Source: Bryobacteraceae bacterium
GTDB taxonomy: Bacteria > Acidobacteriota > Terriglobia > Bryobacterales > Bryobacteraceae
Reading direction: 5' to 3'
Length of the DNA stretch: 64,000 nt
Assembly: GCA_036268375.1 (NCBI GenBank)
Contig: DATAUH010000080.1
Span: 2,706-66,705, forward strand
Made by a program: the position numbers and the translations under genes. Below the pieces are notes generated by a model. It ran no database searches, was not told where the DNA came from, and was given only the letters and a program-made list of their open reading frames with translations. How positions within the stretch are numbered: the stretch's first letter is position 1; each line of letters opens with the position of its first letter. This document shows positions 26,399-36,802 of the stretch, in pieces.

Positions 26399-27277
26399 TC
26401 AATGAGCGCCTAGTCCATCCACCAGCATCTTGGCAACGTCGGCGATGAGAACCGAGCCCGGATTGTCCGGACTCCAGTCCGGCTTCGCGATCCCGTCGAC
26501 GTAGATCGCCATCGCAATGCGGCCGGTCTTTGCGTAGACGACTCCTACGTCGGCGCGCAGCGCATCCAGAGCGCCGGTTTTATGGGCTGCCGGCGTGCCG
26601 TTCAGGCGACGCGTGATCCCGGTGTTGTCCTGGTTGCGTTTGAGCACTTTGATCATTTCTTTGGACGCATCGGCAGTCACGGCCTCCCCGCGCTCGATCT
26701 TCTCCAGCATCGCCACCATGTCGGCGGGGCTCGATTTGCCGATGCCGAACCTGGCGTTTTCGGGTATTTTGCCTGCGGCCGAGACGCCTTGAGCGGGACC
26801 CGCGCCCAGAATCTTACGCATCGAACGAGTGGTTTTGATTCCGATGCGGTCGAGATACGCATTCACCGCGTCGGCGCTGATTCGTTCCAGGACCAAATTC
26901 GTCGCGGTATTGTCGCTCAAGACGATCATCAGGTGCATGGCATCGCGCAGCGGTATTTGCACGTTGTCCGAGAACTCCGTGCCCAATACGCCGGACCCCG
27001 ATACTTTCTCCCGCGGCGCAATCGTTAGCGGCTCCTCGAACTTCGCCTTCCCGTGCTCCACTGCGTCGAATACCGCCATCATGATTGCAAGTTTGATGGT
27101 GCTGGCGGTTCTAACCGGTTCGGATTCGCGGATGCCAAGCGTGGCCCCTGTGTCCAGATTCTTCGCATAAAGAGTTACCGTCGCGGGAAGTTGCGCGATC
27201 CGCTCGCGCACTGCCTTTTCGAGAGGCTGGCCCGTGGCGGTGGCCGCAATTAAGACCAGTACTGTAAGTCTCCACAT
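26399..27277 (-). CDS. Class-A-beta-lactamase-related serine hydrolase
   Basis: The signal peptide is MWRLTVLVLIAATATG. It has the S-x-x-K motif ASTIK, SDN (LSDNTATN) and KTG (HKTG). The start is placed at 27277; the ORF is open to 27313. Confidence 0.7.
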   Translation of the reverse strand: MWRLTVLVLIAATATGQPLEKAVRERIAQLPATVTLYAKNLDTGATLGIRESEPVRTASTIKLAIMMAVFDAVEHGKAKFEEPLTIAPREKVSGSGVLGTEFSDNVQIPLRDAMHLMIVLSDNTATNLVLERISADAVNAYLDRIGIKTTRSMRKILGAGPAQGVSAAGKIPENARFGIGKSSPADMVAMLEKIERGEAVTADASKEMIKVLKRNQDNTGITRRLNGTPAAHKTGALDALRADVGVVYAKTGRIAMAIYVDGIAKPDWSPDNPGSVLIADVAKMLVDGLGAH

Positions 27278-27315
27278 GATGAAACACCATATCACCAGCG
27301 GTTCTACAATCAAAG

Positions 27316-28947
27316 GTGATGTATCGTGTGCTCGTCGCGTTATTTGCCGCCGCGCTTATGCCTGACTTAGCCCAGCTTCAACAAATGACCGCGCGCTTCG
27401 CGCCTGTAACTCTTCACCACGACGAAACGTCGCTCTCGCCGGGCGACCGGCAGGCGCTCGTGAAGCTCACGGAGGCCGCGCGAACGTTGAACCTCGTGTT
27501 TATGGATCAACTTTGGAGTGGAGATCGCGCGATGTACGAGCGGCTGGAGAGGGATCAGTCACCGCTCGGCAAATCGCGCCTGCATTACTTCTGGCTGAAC
27601 AAGGGGCCGTGGTCCGATCTGGATGGACACACGGCGTTCATTCCCGGAGCGCCGGAACGAAAACCGCTCGGCGCGAACTTCTACCCGGAAGACATGAAGC
27701 GTGAAGAGTTCGAAACATGGGTAAAATCCCTCGGCGCGAAGGAACGCGAAGCGGCCGAAGGTTTTTTCACCGTGATTCGCCGTGGCGCAAATCATAAACT
27801 CACAGCAGTTCCTTATAGCGAAGCCTACAGCCGCGATCTGCGCCACTGCGCTGACCTGTTACGTGAAGCGGCTGGACTGACTTCGAACGCCTCGCTCAAA
27901 AAATACCTGACGCTGCGCGCCGATGCGTTCGTCTCCAACGACTACTACGCGAGCGATCTCGCGTGGATGGATCTGGACGCGCCGCTCGACATCACGATAG
28001 GTCCTTACGAGACCTACAACGACGAGCTCTTCGGGTACAAAGCCGCATTCGAGGCTTACATCACGATTCGCGATGATCGTGAAACCGATCGCCTGAAGAT
28101 GTTTTCCGATCATTTGCAGGAGGTGGAGAACAACCTGCCGATCGATCCTCGTTACCGCAACCCAAAGTTGGGCGCATCCGCCCCCATCAGCGTCGTCAAT
28201 GAGGTTTATGCGGCCGGCGATGGCGCCCACGGCGTTCGCACCGCGGCTTTTAACCTGCCGAACGATGAGCGCGTGATCCAGCAGAAGGGCAGCAAGCGCG
28301 TGATGCTGAAAAATATTCAGCAGGCGAAGTTCGATTTGAACTTGAAGCCGATTGCGGCGCAAGTTTTGCCTCAGAACGAACAGGGCGATCTGAGTTTCGA
28401 CTACTTCTTTATGCATATTCTGGCGCATGAGCTGAGCCACGGCATCGGGCCGCATCAGATTCAGGTGAACGGGCGATCTACTTCGCCGCGCCAGGAATTG
28501 AAGGAGCTCTACAGCCCTATCGAAGAAGCAAAAGCGGATGTTACCGGGCTATTCGTGCTGCAATTCCTTTTCGACCACAAGTTAATGCCGCACGCTGCCA
28601 ACGCCGAGCGCGAACTTTACTCGACGTTCCTCGCGTCGTCGTTTCGATCGCTGCGGTTTGGATTGACCGAAGCGCACGGCAAGGGAATGGCGCTGCAGTT
28701 CAACTACCTTACGGATCACGGGGCCTTTGTCGCGCGTCCAGACGGCACATTCGCTGTCGATTTCAGCAAAATCAAAGATGGCGTGCGCGCTCTCACTCAC
28801 GACATCATGACTGTGGAGGCGCAGGGCGATTACGCGGGAGCCAAGCGGCTGCTGGATACATACGGGGTGATCCGGCCGCCCATGCAGCGCGCCATCGATG
28901 GCCTGAAAGCCATTCCCGTCGATATCGATCCGGTCAACGAAAACTGA
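27316..28947 (+). CDS. M49 (DPP III)-like zinc metallopeptidase family protein
   Basis: The ORF is 543 aa with a hydrophobic N-terminus. It has HELSHGIGPH followed by EEAKAD, the HExxxH...EExxA[DE] arrangement of DPP3-like hydrolases. Confidence 0.6.
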   Translation: MMYRVLVALFAAALMPDLAQLQQMTARFAPVTLHHDETSLSPGDRQALVKLTEAARTLNLVFMDQLWSGDRAMYERLERDQSPLGKSRLHYFWLNKGPWSDLDGHTAFIPGAPERKPLGANFYPEDMKREEFETWVKSLGAKEREAAEGFFTVIRRGANHKLTAVPYSEAYSRDLRHCADLLREAAGLTSNASLKKYLTLRADAFVSNDYYASDLAWMDLDAPLDITIGPYETYNDELFGYKAAFEAYITIRDDRETDRLKMFSDHLQEVENNLPIDPRYRNPKLGASAPISVVNEVYAAGDGAHGVRTAAFNLPNDERVIQQKGSKRVMLKNIQQAKFDLNLKPIAAQVLPQNEQGDLSFDYFFMHILAHELSHGIGPHQIQVNGRSTSPRQELKELYSPIEEAKADVTGLFVLQFLFDHKLMPHAANAERELYSTFLASSFRSLRFGLTEAHGKGMALQFNYLTDHGAFVARPDGTFAVDFSKIKDGVRALTHDIMTVEAQGDYAGAKRLLDTYGVIRPPMQRAIDGLKAIPVDIDPVNEN

Positions 28948-29724
28948 ATGCCGGAATTCGACATCGCCGCTTCTCCCGGCGCGCCAGCCATCGTTGTGCG
29001 CGATCTGAAAAAGGGCTACGGTCTTCAATTGGCCGTTGCCGGCGTGAACCTGGAGGTCCCGCGCGGCTCGTTTTTCGGCTTTCTGGGGCCGAATGGGGCG
29101 GGGAAGAGCACTACCATTCGGATGCTCACCGGTCTGATTCCGCCAGATTCGGGCTCGATCGAAATCCTTGGATACCAAATGCCCAAGGAGGATCTGGAGA
29201 TCAAGCGCCGGATCGGTCTGGTACCCGACGAGTCAATGCTTTTCGACCGGCTGACTGGCATCGAATTCCTGGAATTCGCTGGGCGCATGTACGGCCTGCC
29301 GCGCGTTACCGCGATTGACCGCGCGCGCGACCTGATGAGCCTCTTCGAACTCGCCGACGACGGCAAGATCATCGGCGAATATTCGAAAGGTATGCGAAAG
29401 CGCGTCGCGATGGCGGCCTCGCTGATTCACCATCCGGAGCTTTTCCTGATGGATGAGCCTTTTGAAGGCGTAGACGCGGTGGGTGCGCGTCTGATGAAAG
29501 ACATTTTGCAGGACCAGGTGCGCCGCGGCGCGACGATTTTCCTCACCAGTCACGTCTTAGAGGTAGTGGAGCGTTTATGCGACCGCGTCGCCATCATTGA
29601 TCGCGGTAAGATTGTCACCTCCGGCTCGATGGAAGAGTTGCGCGCGAGCGGAGAATCCCTCGAAGACGCGTTCGTGCGCATCGTCGGAGCCGAACATCAC
29701 CACGAACGTCTCGACTGGTTGTAG
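28948..29724 (+). CDS. ABC transporter ATP-binding protein (ABC-2 exporter type)
   Basis: It has GPNGAGKST, YSKGMRKRV and LFLMDEPFEGVD. It starts immediately after the stop of the peptidase gene. Confidence 0.85.
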   Translation: MPEFDIAASPGAPAIVVRDLKKGYGLQLAVAGVNLEVPRGSFFGFLGPNGAGKSTTIRMLTGLIPPDSGSIEILGYQMPKEDLEIKRRIGLVPDESMLFDRLTGIEFLEFAGRMYGLPRVTAIDRARDLMSLFELADDGKIIGEYSKGMRKRVAMAASLIHHPELFLMDEPFEGVDAVGARLMKDILQDQVRRGATIFLTSHVLEVVERLCDRVAIIDRGKIVTSGSMEELRASGESLEDAFVRIVGAEHHHERLDWL

Positions 29725-29733
29725 AGGCCGCCG

Positions 29734-31326
29734 ATGATTGCCGCCATTCTGCGCGCACAATTTCTCACCATGCGTTTGGGCCGCGGCCGCCGCCGCGCAC
29801 TGCGTGCCATCCCGACCATCCTCTGGTACGCATTTTGGGTTGTCGTCTCCCTGATGGCATGCATCTTAGCCAAATATGCAGAGGAGCCGATGCTGCGCCG
29901 ATATCTGCCTTTGGCCTATCTCGCGGTGACGCTCTACTGGCAATTAATGCCGCTGCTGACTGCGAGCATGGGCCGGTCGCTCGACCTGAAAAAGCTGGCT
30001 ATGTATCCGGTTCCACACGCGCGTCTGTTTGCTGTCGATACGCTGCTCTGCTTTACCAGCAGCATCGAAATGGCGCTCGTTATCGCAGGAGGTTCCATCG
30101 GGCTCATGATGCGTTGGGGTTTCACGGCGGCGCCGGGCGTGATACTCGCAGGCATCATTTTTCTCGCATTCAATTCCTTGCTGGCCTCGGGAACCCGCAG
30201 CATCATCGGCCGATTGATGTCGCGCCGCAGGGTTCGAGAGGTAGTGATTCTATCGACGACCTGCCTGTGGGTGGGCGCCCGATTTTTCGTGCAAATGGGG
30301 GTTCACTCCAAGTGGCTGGGTCCGTTTGCCGACGCATCGCGTGGCCGGGGTTACCCTTGGAGCGCAGCTTCGGCGCTAGCTTCCGGAAGCTTTTTTTCGT
30401 TGATCACGCTGATTCTCTGGACGCTGGTTGCGCTGGTGTTCGGGCGATGGCAGTTCGAACGCAACCTGCGCTTCGATGTCACCGCGGCGCAGGCGCAGAT
30501 CCTGCGGCCGATGGACTCGCGCAGGCGAAAATGGACGGACCTCTTTTACCGCTTACCCGGCGCTCTGTGGCGCGACCCATTGGCCGCAATTCTGGAGAAA
30601 GAACTGCGGTCTCTTATCCGCACGCCGCGCTTTCGCATGGTGTTCGTAATGGGATTCACGATCGGGATCGTGACTTTGCTGCCCTTGGTGATGAGCCACG
30701 GCGCCGCGCCCAAACGGCCGTCATCGTACTTTCTGGTGATGGTTGCCATTTACGCTCTCACTTTGCTGGGCCAAGTCACCTACTGGAACAGCTTCGGCTT
30801 TGATGGTTCCGCCACGATGTTCTATTTTGCGGCGCCCCAGCCCATGATGCAGGTGTTCATCGCCAAGAACATCGCTGCGTTGATATTTGTATTTTTAGAC
30901 GTGGGAATCGTGTCTGTCGTGGTCACGCTATCTCATTTGGGTGGCGGTTGGCAGCAATTCTGGGAAACGATGCTGGCGATTGGGGTTTGCTCGCTTTACC
31001 TTTTCGGGCTCGGCAATATGTCCTCGGTCAATTATCCGCGCGTGCTGAATGCGGAGCGCGTCACGCGCGGCAGCGGCTCCGGAAAAGGACAAGGGATGTT
31101 GCTTCTGCTCTATCCTGTGACGCTGCTGCCTGTGGGATTGGCGTATGTGGCGCGTTGGGCGCTCAACAGCGAAGTTGCGTTTCTGGTAGTGCTCGGATTG
31201 AGCGCCGCGATCGGCGGAGCCGTTTACTGGATCGGCCTGGACTCCGCCGTAATCGCGGCTTATCGCAAACGGGAAGAAATGCTCGGTGAACTTTCTAAAG
31301 GCGATGGCCCGGTAGCCGCCGAGTAA
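29734..31326 (+). CDS. Polytopic membrane protein, putative ABC-exporter membrane partner
   Basis: The ORF is 530 aa with about 12 hydrophobic spans and begins 9 nt after the ATPase gene. I recognise no classical ABC-2 signature. It resembles the 'putative ABC exporter' type of membrane protein. Confidence 0.5.
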   Translation: MIAAILRAQFLTMRLGRGRRRALRAIPTILWYAFWVVVSLMACILAKYAEEPMLRRYLPLAYLAVTLYWQLMPLLTASMGRSLDLKKLAMYPVPHARLFAVDTLLCFTSSIEMALVIAGGSIGLMMRWGFTAAPGVILAGIIFLAFNSLLASGTRSIIGRLMSRRRVREVVILSTTCLWVGARFFVQMGVHSKWLGPFADASRGRGYPWSAASALASGSFFSLITLILWTLVALVFGRWQFERNLRFDVTAAQAQILRPMDSRRRKWTDLFYRLPGALWRDPLAAILEKELRSLIRTPRFRMVFVMGFTIGIVTLLPLVMSHGAAPKRPSSYFLVMVAIYALTLLGQVTYWNSFGFDGSATMFYFAAPQPMMQVFIAKNIAALIFVFLDVGIVSVVVTLSHLGGGWQQFWETMLAIGVCSLYLFGLGNMSSVNYPRVLNAERVTRGSGSGKGQGMLLLLYPVTLLPVGLAYVARWALNSEVAFLVVLGLSAAIGGAVYWIGLDSAVIAAYRKREEMLGELSKGDGPVAAE

Positions 31327-31338
31327 TGTGTAACAACT

Positions 31339-32271
31339 CTACTGCTTCGCCTTTAAAACTTCGACCATCTCCTTTACGGAATCGGCGCTCTTCTTCAGCA
31401 TGGCGCGCTCGTCATCCGTGAGCGAGACTTCATAGATCTTCTCGACCCCACCCGCACCCAGCTTCACCGGCACGCCGACATACAGGCCGTTGATGCCGTA
31501 CTCGCCTTCCAGATATGCCGAGCAAGGCAGAACCTTTTTCTTGTCCTTTAGGATCGCCTCGGCCATTTCGACCGCAGAAGCCGAGGGCGCATAATACGCG
31601 CTGCCTGTCTTCAGATACTTCACAATCTCGGCGCCGCCATTGCGCGTGCGGTCGACAACCCGATCGATGGTCGCCTGGTCCATCAACTCCGTGAGCGGAA
31701 TGCCCGCCACGCTGCTCAGTCGGACCACCGGCACCATCGTGTCTCCGTGTCCGCCCATCACTACGCCAATTACGTTTTCGACGGAGACCTGTAACTCCTG
31801 AGCGATAAACGTGCGGAAGCGCGCGCCGTCGAGCACGCCCGCCATTCCAACCACGCGATTCTTCGGAAATTTTGATGCCCAGAACGCGGCTTGCGTCATG
31901 ACATCGAGCGGATTCGTGACCACGACGATAATGCAGTTCGGCGAATGTTTGGCGAGCTGCTCGGCTGACGTCTTCACGACGTCGTTATTTGCGATCAGAA
32001 GATCGTCGCGGCTCATTCCGGGCTTGCGCGCGAGCCCGGCGGTGATGATCGCGATATCGGAGTTAGCCGTCGGTGCGTAATCGTTCGCGCCCGTGATTGA
32101 GACATCGTAGCCCTGCACGGGCCCGGATTGGAGAATATCGAGCGCTTTGCCCTGGGGGACGCCTTCCACCACATCCACCAAAACGACGTCAGCGAGTTCC
32201 TTATCGGCGATACGCAGAGCGCAATTTGCGCCGACGTTTCCGGCGCCCACAACTGTGACTTTCTTTCGCAA
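31339..32271 (-). CDS. mdh: Malate dehydrogenase (LDH-like type)
   Basis: The ORF is 310 aa and reads [33 protein letters not shown]...[10 protein letters not shown] strong SD (aaggag) lies upstream. Confidence 0.9.
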   Translation of the reverse strand: MRKKVTVVGAGNVGANCALRIADKELADVVLVDVVEGVPQGKALDILQSGPVQGYDVSITGANDYAPTANSDIAIITAGLARKPGMSRDDLLIANNDVVKTSAEQLAKHSPNCIIVVVTNPLDVMTQAAFWASKFPKNRVVGMAGVLDGARFRTFIAQELQVSVENVIGVVMGGHGDTMVPVVRLSSVAGIPLTELMDQATIDRVVDRTRNGGAEIVKYLKTGSAYYAPSASAVEMAEAILKDKKKVLPCSAYLEGEYGINGLYVGVPVKLGAGGVEKIYEVSLTDDERAMLKKSADSVKEMVEVLKAKQ

Positions 32272-32430
32272 GGTTGCTCCTTTGTTTGATTGAAAGTCGA
32301 TTATAGCCCCGTTTATGTATGGAGCCGGGTCGTGGGCGCTTCACAGTTGTGTGACGACGACGTAACCGTGTGCGCCCTTGTCGACTTTGAGCGGCAGGAG
32401 ACGCTCAGCTTATGCTGCGAACCTAGTGGG

Positions 32431-32979
32431 CTAATGCTTGGAACGGTCAGCCGAACCCGTCGAGGTCGCCATCTGATTCTTCACATCGATCTCGTTCACG
32501 ACTTGCTGCACGTTCGGAACACCGGCCGCGATCTTTTCCACACGCGCCCGCATATCCGGAGTGGCCAGATCGCCCTTCAGCGTGATGACGCCGTTCGTGG
32601 TGCTGTGACGAATGCCTTTGATGTTGGATTGCGTCAAGGCCGCGTCAAGATTGGCTTCTATGCCCTTGTCCAGGTTAGAGTCGACGCTCTTGGCCTCCGA
32701 CCGATAGCCTGCCGGAAGCACTGCAATCTCGTTGGCCACAACTTCGCCGGCGGCGAGCGGCTGCGCAAGCTGTGCGGCGCGGTCTTTGTCCAGCGACTGA
32801 GCAACGCTGCCACCCAACGTTACAACTCCCTTGTCGCGATCCTGAGAGACGGTAACAGAGTTCAATCCGCCCTGCTTCAATGAATTTCGGATTTGCCCTG
32901 CAACATCCGGTGCTCTATTTTGAGAACACGCAATCAAGCCTGCAAGCGCCAGACCGACCGTGAGTTTAGATGCGTTCAT
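32431..32979 (-). CDS. BON-domain lipoprotein (two BON domains, OsmY-like)
   Basis: The lipobox is LIACS. There are two modules ending in VTLGGSV... and ITLKGDLATPDMRARVEKIAAGVPNVQQVVNEIDV. Confidence 0.7.
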   Translation of the reverse strand: MNASKLTVGLALAGLIACSQNRAPDVAGQIRNSLKQGGLNSVTVSQDRDKGVVTLGGSVAQSLDKDRAAQLAQPLAAGEVVANEIAVLPAGYRSEAKSVDSNLDKGIEANLDAALTQSNIKGIRHSTTNGVITLKGDLATPDMRARVEKIAAGVPNVQQVVNEIDVKNQMATSTGSADRSKH

Positions 32980-33071
32980 AAATCACCCCCGAAACCGGGC
33001 GGTGCAGTTCGCTAACCATTGGGATCGTTTCCACAGAACGTGGAAATTAATCTGCGGCCGGCAATGCCGGG

Positions 33072-33683
33072 CTATTTCGACCTGCGAATGTATTCCGCCA
33101 GTTCCGCCGCCTTGGTGCGCGCCTGATGCATGTAGGTTTCGTTCTTCACCACCCGGTCGAGCATCGGCAGATACTGCTCGGGCGCAACTACGCGGCCCGT
33201 CTGAAAGGATTCCTCAATCCCGTTGAGCGCCTGGTCCACGCCCAGGTGGTCGTACTTCACAGCGCGTTCGAGATCGATATTGTGGCGCGCCGATTCGGCC
33301 ATGCGCTCGAACCAATTCTGCAATGCCTGCGCGGTTACATCTTCCGAGTAGTTATACTTCACTTCTGTTTTTTCGTTGCCATCGATATAGCGGAACGTCT
33401 TCGTTCCCATGAAGGCGACTTTGAGAGGCGACTCGAGCGGATGCTTGAAATCGTCCAACTTGACCGCCAGATCGTATACGGTCTTGACCTCTTCCGGGGT
33501 CAACTTAAATTTCACTGGCAGGTCGTCGTCCACGGCTTCCTGGTAGGAAGCGTCGCCGCTCTTGTCGACTACAACTTGGATGTAATCCGGCTTGCTGCCC
33601 GGAAATGCGCGCGAATAGAACAGGCGCGGCGCGTCGCCCGCCCACAAGGCGCCGGCCAAAGCAAGGATACAAAGCAGTCTCAC
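33072..33683 (-). CDS. Secreted hypothetical protein
   Basis: The ORF is 203 aa with a GTG start overlapping the ruvC stop (GTGA). The signal peptide is [17 protein letters not shown] recognise no family. Confidence 0.5.
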   Translation of the reverse strand: MRLLCILALAGALWAGDAPRLFYSRAFPGSKPDYIQVVVDKSGDASYQEAVDDDLPVKFKLTPEEVKTVYDLAVKLDDFKHPLESPLKVAFMGTKTFRYIDGNEKTEVKYNYSEDVTAQALQNWFERMAESARHNIDLERAVKYDHLGVDQALNGIEESFQTGRVVAPEQYLPMLDRVVKNETYMHQARTKAAELAEYIRRSK

Positions 33684-34171
33684 GATGCGACCCTTCGCGC
33701 GAATCCCGCGCGGGTTGCGTGGCAGATCGCTACCGCCAAGGCATCGCTCGCATCTTCCGATTCGATCGCCGACGGCAGGCAGAGCAGCGATTGCACCATC
33801 ATTTGCACCTGATGCTTTTCCGCGCGCCCATATCCCACAACGCTGATTTTCACTTCCAGCGGCGAATACTCCGCCAAGCCGATTTTTGCTTCGGCGATGG
33901 CCAACAGCGCAATCCCACGCACATGTGCAAGTTTGAGCGCTGTCTTTACGTTCACTGCGTGGAAAACGCCCTCAACCGCCGCCGATTCGGGCGCGTGCTC
34001 CTGAATTAATGCGCGCAGTCCGGTAGCGATCTCCAGCAGCCGCCGCTCAAACGGTGTTTTCGAGCTGGTGCGGATCACGCCGGCGATCAACAACCGGTGG
34101 GCAGCGCCATCGCTCTCGATGACGCCGTAGCCGGTTCGTTCGGATCCGCAGTCGATTCCAAGCACGCGCAC
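33680..34171 (-). CDS. ruvC: Crossover junction endodeoxyribonuclease RuvC
   Basis: The ORF is 163 aa and reads [19 protein letters not shown]...[10 protein letters not shown]...[12 protein letters not shown]. Confidence 0.9.
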   Translation of the reverse strand: MRVLGIDCGSERTGYGVIESDGAAHRLLIAGVIRTSSKTPFERRLLEIATGLRALIQEHAPESAAVEGVFHAVNVKTALKLAHVRGIALLAIAEAKIGLAEYSPLEVKISVVGYGRAEKHQVQMMVQSLLCLPSAIESEDASDALAVAICHATRAGFARRVAS

Positions 34172-34175
34172 AAGC

Positions 34176-34919
34176 TTACGCCAGAGCCTCCAACTCCTCT
34201 TCGTCGATATCGAAGTTGGCGTAGACGCTCTGTACGTCGTCGTGGTCTTCGAGCGCCTCGTTCAGCCTTACCATCGCGCTCGCGTTCTTGCCTTCGAGCT
34301 TCACCAGGTTCTTCGGCACCATTGCAATGGCCGCCTCTTCCGGCGTTAGGCCATTAGCTTCGAGCGCTTTCAGCACGGCCTCGTGCGCCTCCGGCGGAGA
34401 GAGAATTTCCCACTGCTCGCCATCCTGACGCAGATCTTCGCCGCCCGCATCCAGCACGATGCCCATCAGCGCGTCTTCCGAAATCTTGTCCGCGGGAACA
34501 AACATCTGGCTTTTGCGCTCGAACATCCACGCCACGCTGCCTTGTTCACCCATGTTCCCGCCGTTCTTCGAAAACGCGTGACGGATCTCGCTCACGGTGC
34601 GGTTGCGGTTGTCGGTAGCGACGTTCACCAGCACGGCGGCGCCGCCGGGCCCGTAGCCTTCGAACATCACTTCTTCGATCTGGCCGCCTTCGAGTTCGCC
34701 CGTGCCGCGCATGATGGCCTTCTTGATGTTGTCCGCAGGCATGGAGACACCCTTTGCCGCCAGGATCGCGGTGCGCAGTCGCGGGTTGCCATCCGGATCG
34801 CCGCCGTTACGCGCGGCGATCGTGATTTCTTTGATCAGCCGTGTGAATGCTTTCCCGCGCTTGGCGTCGAGAGCGGCTTTTTTGTGCTTAATCGTGGCCC
34901 ATTTAGAGTGGCCTGACAT
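34176..34919 (-). CDS. yebC: YebC/PmpR family DNA-binding transcriptional regulator
   Basis: The ORF is 247 aa and reads [32 protein letters not shown]... Confidence 0.9.
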   Translation of the reverse strand: MSGHSKWATIKHKKAALDAKRGKAFTRLIKEITIAARNGGDPDGNPRLRTAILAAKGVSMPADNIKKAIMRGTGELEGGQIEEVMFEGYGPGGAAVLVNVATDNRNRTVSEIRHAFSKNGGNMGEQGSVAWMFERKSQMFVPADKISEDALMGIVLDAGGEDLRQDGEQWEILSPPEAHEAVLKALEANGLTPEEAAIAMVPKNLVKLEGKNASAMVRLNEALEDHDDVQSVYANFDIDEEELEALA

Positions 34920-35058
34920 GTGAACCTCGCAGGTAGGCCCGGCCGGCGGCCGGGAGAGAACATTTTCAACTGAATTCTACCTCCAGAGAATAGCAAAATC
35001 AGGTGGTTGCGGTAAAGCGGGCGTGCCGTGGCAGAGATCGCCGCCCGCTTCCCAACAG

Positions 35059-35805
35059 TCAATTCATGCGGAAGATCACCGCGACCGGCGCCACGATCTC
35101 CACGCTCGCGCCATTCAGAATCGGCGGCTTGTAGACCCACTGCCGGACCGCTTGGATCGCTGCCTCCCGCAGCAACGGGTGCCCGCTCAGTACGCGCAGC
35201 TCGCGTATGCGTCCATCGGTCCCGATTACCGCCTGCAGTTCGACTGTCCCGCTGATGCGGGCGCTCTTCGCGATCGGCGGATACACGGGATCCACCCGGT
35301 GCACCAGCCGGCCTGGCTCCAGGTTGCTCACGTGGACGCGTTTTACCTCCCCGGCAGCGGGTTTCGCCGGCGCCGCTGCGGTGGAAGGCTTCGCCACGGT
35401 GGGTGTTGTGCTGAGCAGATGATCCAAAAGTCCGATGCTTCCCGCCGTCGCCGCTCCCGACGCGGGGATGCCGCCAACCACTCCAACGTCCGGCTGCACT
35501 TCATCCGCAATCATCTTGGCGCTCGGAGGAATGCGGGAGGGTATCAGGACTGACGGATCAAATAGCGGTCGCGCGCTCTGCGGCTGCCGGGGTCTCACAG
35601 CGAATGTTTTGTCTGGCGGCACAGGTCGGGGCGGCGGCGGCTGCGAAATCGCCAATGCAAAACGAGGTTGCGGCAATACCTGCGGCCAGACAAGCGGTGC
35701 GATCACAAGCAGGCAAGCCAATGCAGCCTGCCCGGCAAAACCGGCTCCGGTTGCGAATGCGCGTCGAGTTCCATACGAGTTTTCGAGTACGGATTGTTCA
35801 AACAT
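35059..35805 (-). CDS. tonB: Energy transducer TonB family protein
   Basis: The N-terminus is MFEQSVLE... with one TM span. A Pro-rich spacer (QPPPPRPVPP) follows. The C-terminal TonB domain reads VYPPIAKSARISGTVELQAVIGTDGRIRELRVLSGHPLL. The ORF is open to 35862. Confidence 0.8.
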   Translation of the reverse strand: MFEQSVLENSYGTRRAFATGAGFAGQAALACLLVIAPLVWPQVLPQPRFALAISQPPPPRPVPPDKTFAVRPRQPQSARPLFDPSVLIPSRIPPSAKMIADEVQPDVGVVGGIPASGAATAGSIGLLDHLLSTTPTVAKPSTAAAPAKPAAGEVKRVHVSNLEPGRLVHRVDPVYPPIAKSARISGTVELQAVIGTDGRIRELRVLSGHPLLREAAIQAVRQWVYKPPILNGASVEIVAPVAVIFRMN

Positions 35806-35882
35806 CTCATCTCCTCTGGTTACTCGCGCGCTTATGTACTCAGACTCCAGCCCGTTGTGCAAAGTTCCGGCATGATAGAAGC

Positions 35883-36788
35883 ATGCAACTTCCGCTTGAG
35901 GTTCGACGGCGCATCGAAGAACGGGCGGCAGATGTGCCGTTTGCGGATCTCAAACGCGCCGCGGCGGCTATGTCGGACGCTTATCGCGATGGCCGCCCGA
36001 TCACCATAACTCCCGAAGCTTACTTAGTAACTCGCATGCCGGCCACTTATGCGGCCACTTACTCCGCACTGCGTGAGTTTCCGCTCGATTCCATCAACAT
36101 CAATTCGGTTCTTGACGTCGGAGCCGGTACGGGCGCCGCTTCGCTTGCAGTGCGCTCCCTTTTGCCGCGGGCCGCAATCACGATGTTGGAACGTGATGTC
36201 TCTTTGGCGAAGGAGGCGCGGGCGTTGATCCCCGAGGCGGAACTCATCACTGCCGACGCCGCCCGGATCGAGCGCTTCCCCGAGCGCGACCTCGTCATCG
36301 CCGCCTATTCCATAGGTGAAATCGGCGCCGCTGCCGTCGATCGCCTGTGGCAAGCCGCGCGCACTGGTTTAATCATTATCGAGCCCGGCACGCCCAGAAG
36401 CTTCGCGCTCGTGCGCGCCGTTCGCGATCAATTACTGGCCGCCGGCGCGCATATGGCGGCGCCGTGTCCCGGCGCCATGCCGTGCCCCGTGTCTGGCGAT
36501 GATTGGTGTCATTTCGCCGCGCGCGTCGAGCGCTCTTCGCTGCATCGCCGCATCAAGGATGGAGACCTCGGCTATGAAGACGAGAAATTCAGCTTTGTTG
36601 GCTTCGTTCGTCAGCCTGTGGCGCTTCCAGCAGCGCGAATCGTGCGCCGTCCTCATCATCACGCAGGCTGGATCGAGCTCGAAGCGTGCACGCCGGCGGG
36701 GCTCGAAACACAGCGCGTCACCAAGCGCGATCGAGACAAATTCCGTCAGGCGCGCCACGCGTTGTGGGGCGGCGCGCTCCGCGAGTAA
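35883..36788 (+). CDS. Rsm22-like class I SAM-dependent methyltransferase
   Basis: The SAM motif is VLDVGAGTGAASLA. A C-terminal Cys cluster reads CPGAMPCPVSGDDWCHF. The start is placed at ATG 35883; the ORF is open from 35604. Confidence 0.65.
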   Translation: MQLPLEVRRRIEERAADVPFADLKRAAAAMSDAYRDGRPITITPEAYLVTRMPATYAATYSALREFPLDSININSVLDVGAGTGAASLAVRSLLPRAAITMLERDVSLAKEARALIPEAELITADAARIERFPERDLVIAAYSIGEIGAAAVDRLWQAARTGLIIIEPGTPRSFALVRAVRDQLLAAGAHMAAPCPGAMPCPVSGDDWCHFAARVERSSLHRRIKDGDLGYEDEKFSFVGFVRQPVALPAARIVRRPHHHAGWIELEACTPAGLETQRVTKRDRDKFRQARHALWGGALRE

Positions 36789-36802
36789 GCCCGCGTTTTA
36801 TC

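Noticed and set aside
34920-35058. GC-rich hairpins between tonB and yebC: aagcgggcg...cgcccgctt, and cccggcc-gcc-ggccggg.
   Set aside because: These are plausibly a weak terminator and a 5' UTR stem. They lack a T-tract and are unremarkable for this GC content, so I did not report them as features.
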